From NCBI GenBank assembly GCA_016188455.1, contig JACPHR010000018.1, forward strand, positions 5,079-69,078: a DNA stretch of 64,000 nucleotides, given 5' to 3'. How positions within the stretch are numbered: the stretch's first letter is position 1; every line of letters starts with the position of its first letter. The notes under the pieces were generated by a model. The model ran no database searches, was not told the origin of the DNA, and was given only the letters and a program-made list of their open reading frames with translations. The position numbers were made by a program, and so were the translations under genes. This DNA comes from Candidatus Tayloriibacteriota bacterium. Its GTDB lineage: Bacteria > Patescibacteriota > Minisyncoccia > Phycocordibacterales > SIBU01. Below are positions 63,470 to 64,000 of this stretch, in pieces.

Positions 63470-63673
63470 ATGGCAACCTTACGCTACAAAAATAAGTTGA
63501 CACACGCGGTTCGCAAGCAGGTGGCGGCGGCTTTTCGGGAACTGTTGAGCGACCCGGATGCGGGGTCTGTGCTTCGTCCCGCATTTGAGTCGCGTCTTCG
63601 GAAGTCGGTCAGGTCCGCGGAGGCCGGGCGAGTGAAAGATTTTTCGGAAATTTTTAAGCGATATCGGGTGTAA
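63470..63673 (+). CDS. Putative antitoxin of a RelE/ParE pair
   Basis: Small ORF ending 5 bp upstream of the toxin gene. No strong family motif. Confidence 0.35.
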   Translation: MATLRYKNKLTHAVRKQVAAAFRELLSDPDAGSVLRPAFESRLRKSVRSAEAGRVKDFSEIFKRYRV

Positions 63674-63678
63674 CGACC

Positions 63679-63954
63679 ATGTGGCGATTTCGCTTTTCTT
63701 TGGAGGCCGAAACCGATTTTGCCCGCCTTGAGCGGATTATGCAAAAGCGTGTTGCGAAAAAGTTGCGTTACTTTGAAGCTCATTTTGAAGAGACCGTTCC
63801 GTCTCCGCTCGGGGGCGCGTGGAATGGTTTTTTCAAACTGCGGGTCGGGGATTGGCGCATTGTGTACGGGGTTCACAATGCGAACGAGCTCATTACTGTG
63901 TATGTGATTGACCACCGAAGCCGGATTTATAGAAGAACTCCGCCAAGACTGTAG
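63679..63954 (+). CDS. RelE/ParE-family type II toxin
   Basis: ...GFFKLRVGDWRIVYGVHNANELITVYVIDHRSRIY, characteristic ParE/RelE C-terminal region. Confidence 0.55.
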   Translation: MWRFRFSLEAETDFARLERIMQKRVAKKLRYFEAHFEETVPSPLGGAWNGFFKLRVGDWRIVYGVHNANELITVYVIDHRSRIYRRTPPRL

Positions 63955-64000
63955 AGTTTGTTCTGTAAAAAGTACCTGACTCTTTCTCCTCCAGTGTGCG

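Overview
This 64-kb window is almost entirely a glycan / nucleotide-sugar biosynthesis supercluster from an uncultivated-type bacterium. Start codons generally lack Shine-Dalgarno motifs, and a GxxExxY gene and a DUF2283 gene are present. The window encodes six sugar modules. (1) dTDP-rhamnose: RmlA/B/D. (2) A TDP-3-dimethylamino-3,6-dideoxyhexose (mycaminose-like) set: FdtA-like 3,4-ketoisomerase, DegT aminotransferase, TylM1-like N,N-dimethyltransferase and a TylC3-like C-methyltransferase. (3) A complete GDP-heptose pathway: transaldolase, GmhA, HddA-like kinase, GmhB, HddC-like transferase. (4) GDP-fucose: Gmd plus at least three Fcl-family paralogs, with GT11 and GT10 fucosyltransferases. 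(5) Two NDP-sugar dehydrogenases, a Gfo/Idh/MocA oxidoreductase, a CDP-deoxyhexose-type RfbH-like enzyme, a NeuB-like synthase fused to a TIM-barrel domain, and a split transketolase. (6) Many GT2/GT4 transferases, a GT-C membrane transferase, a GT2-membrane fusion, and a Wzm/Wzt ABC exporter. At least four families of short palindromic MITE-like elements (Correia/RPE-like) are superimposed on this. Two copies sit in frame inside essential-looking genes (nadE and the HddC-like nucleotidyltransferase). Another family repeatedly abuts ATG start codons. Also present are a RAYT-type HUH transposase bracketed by inverted arrays of 11-bp repeats, an orphan RHS C-terminal fragment, two RelE/ParE toxin-antitoxin pairs, a low-GC methyltransferase cassette flanked by a 29-bp duplication of the nadE 3' end, several perfect long palindromes, and AT-rich TACGAA-type repeats at operon starts. 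No rRNA, tRNA or CRISPR array was found.
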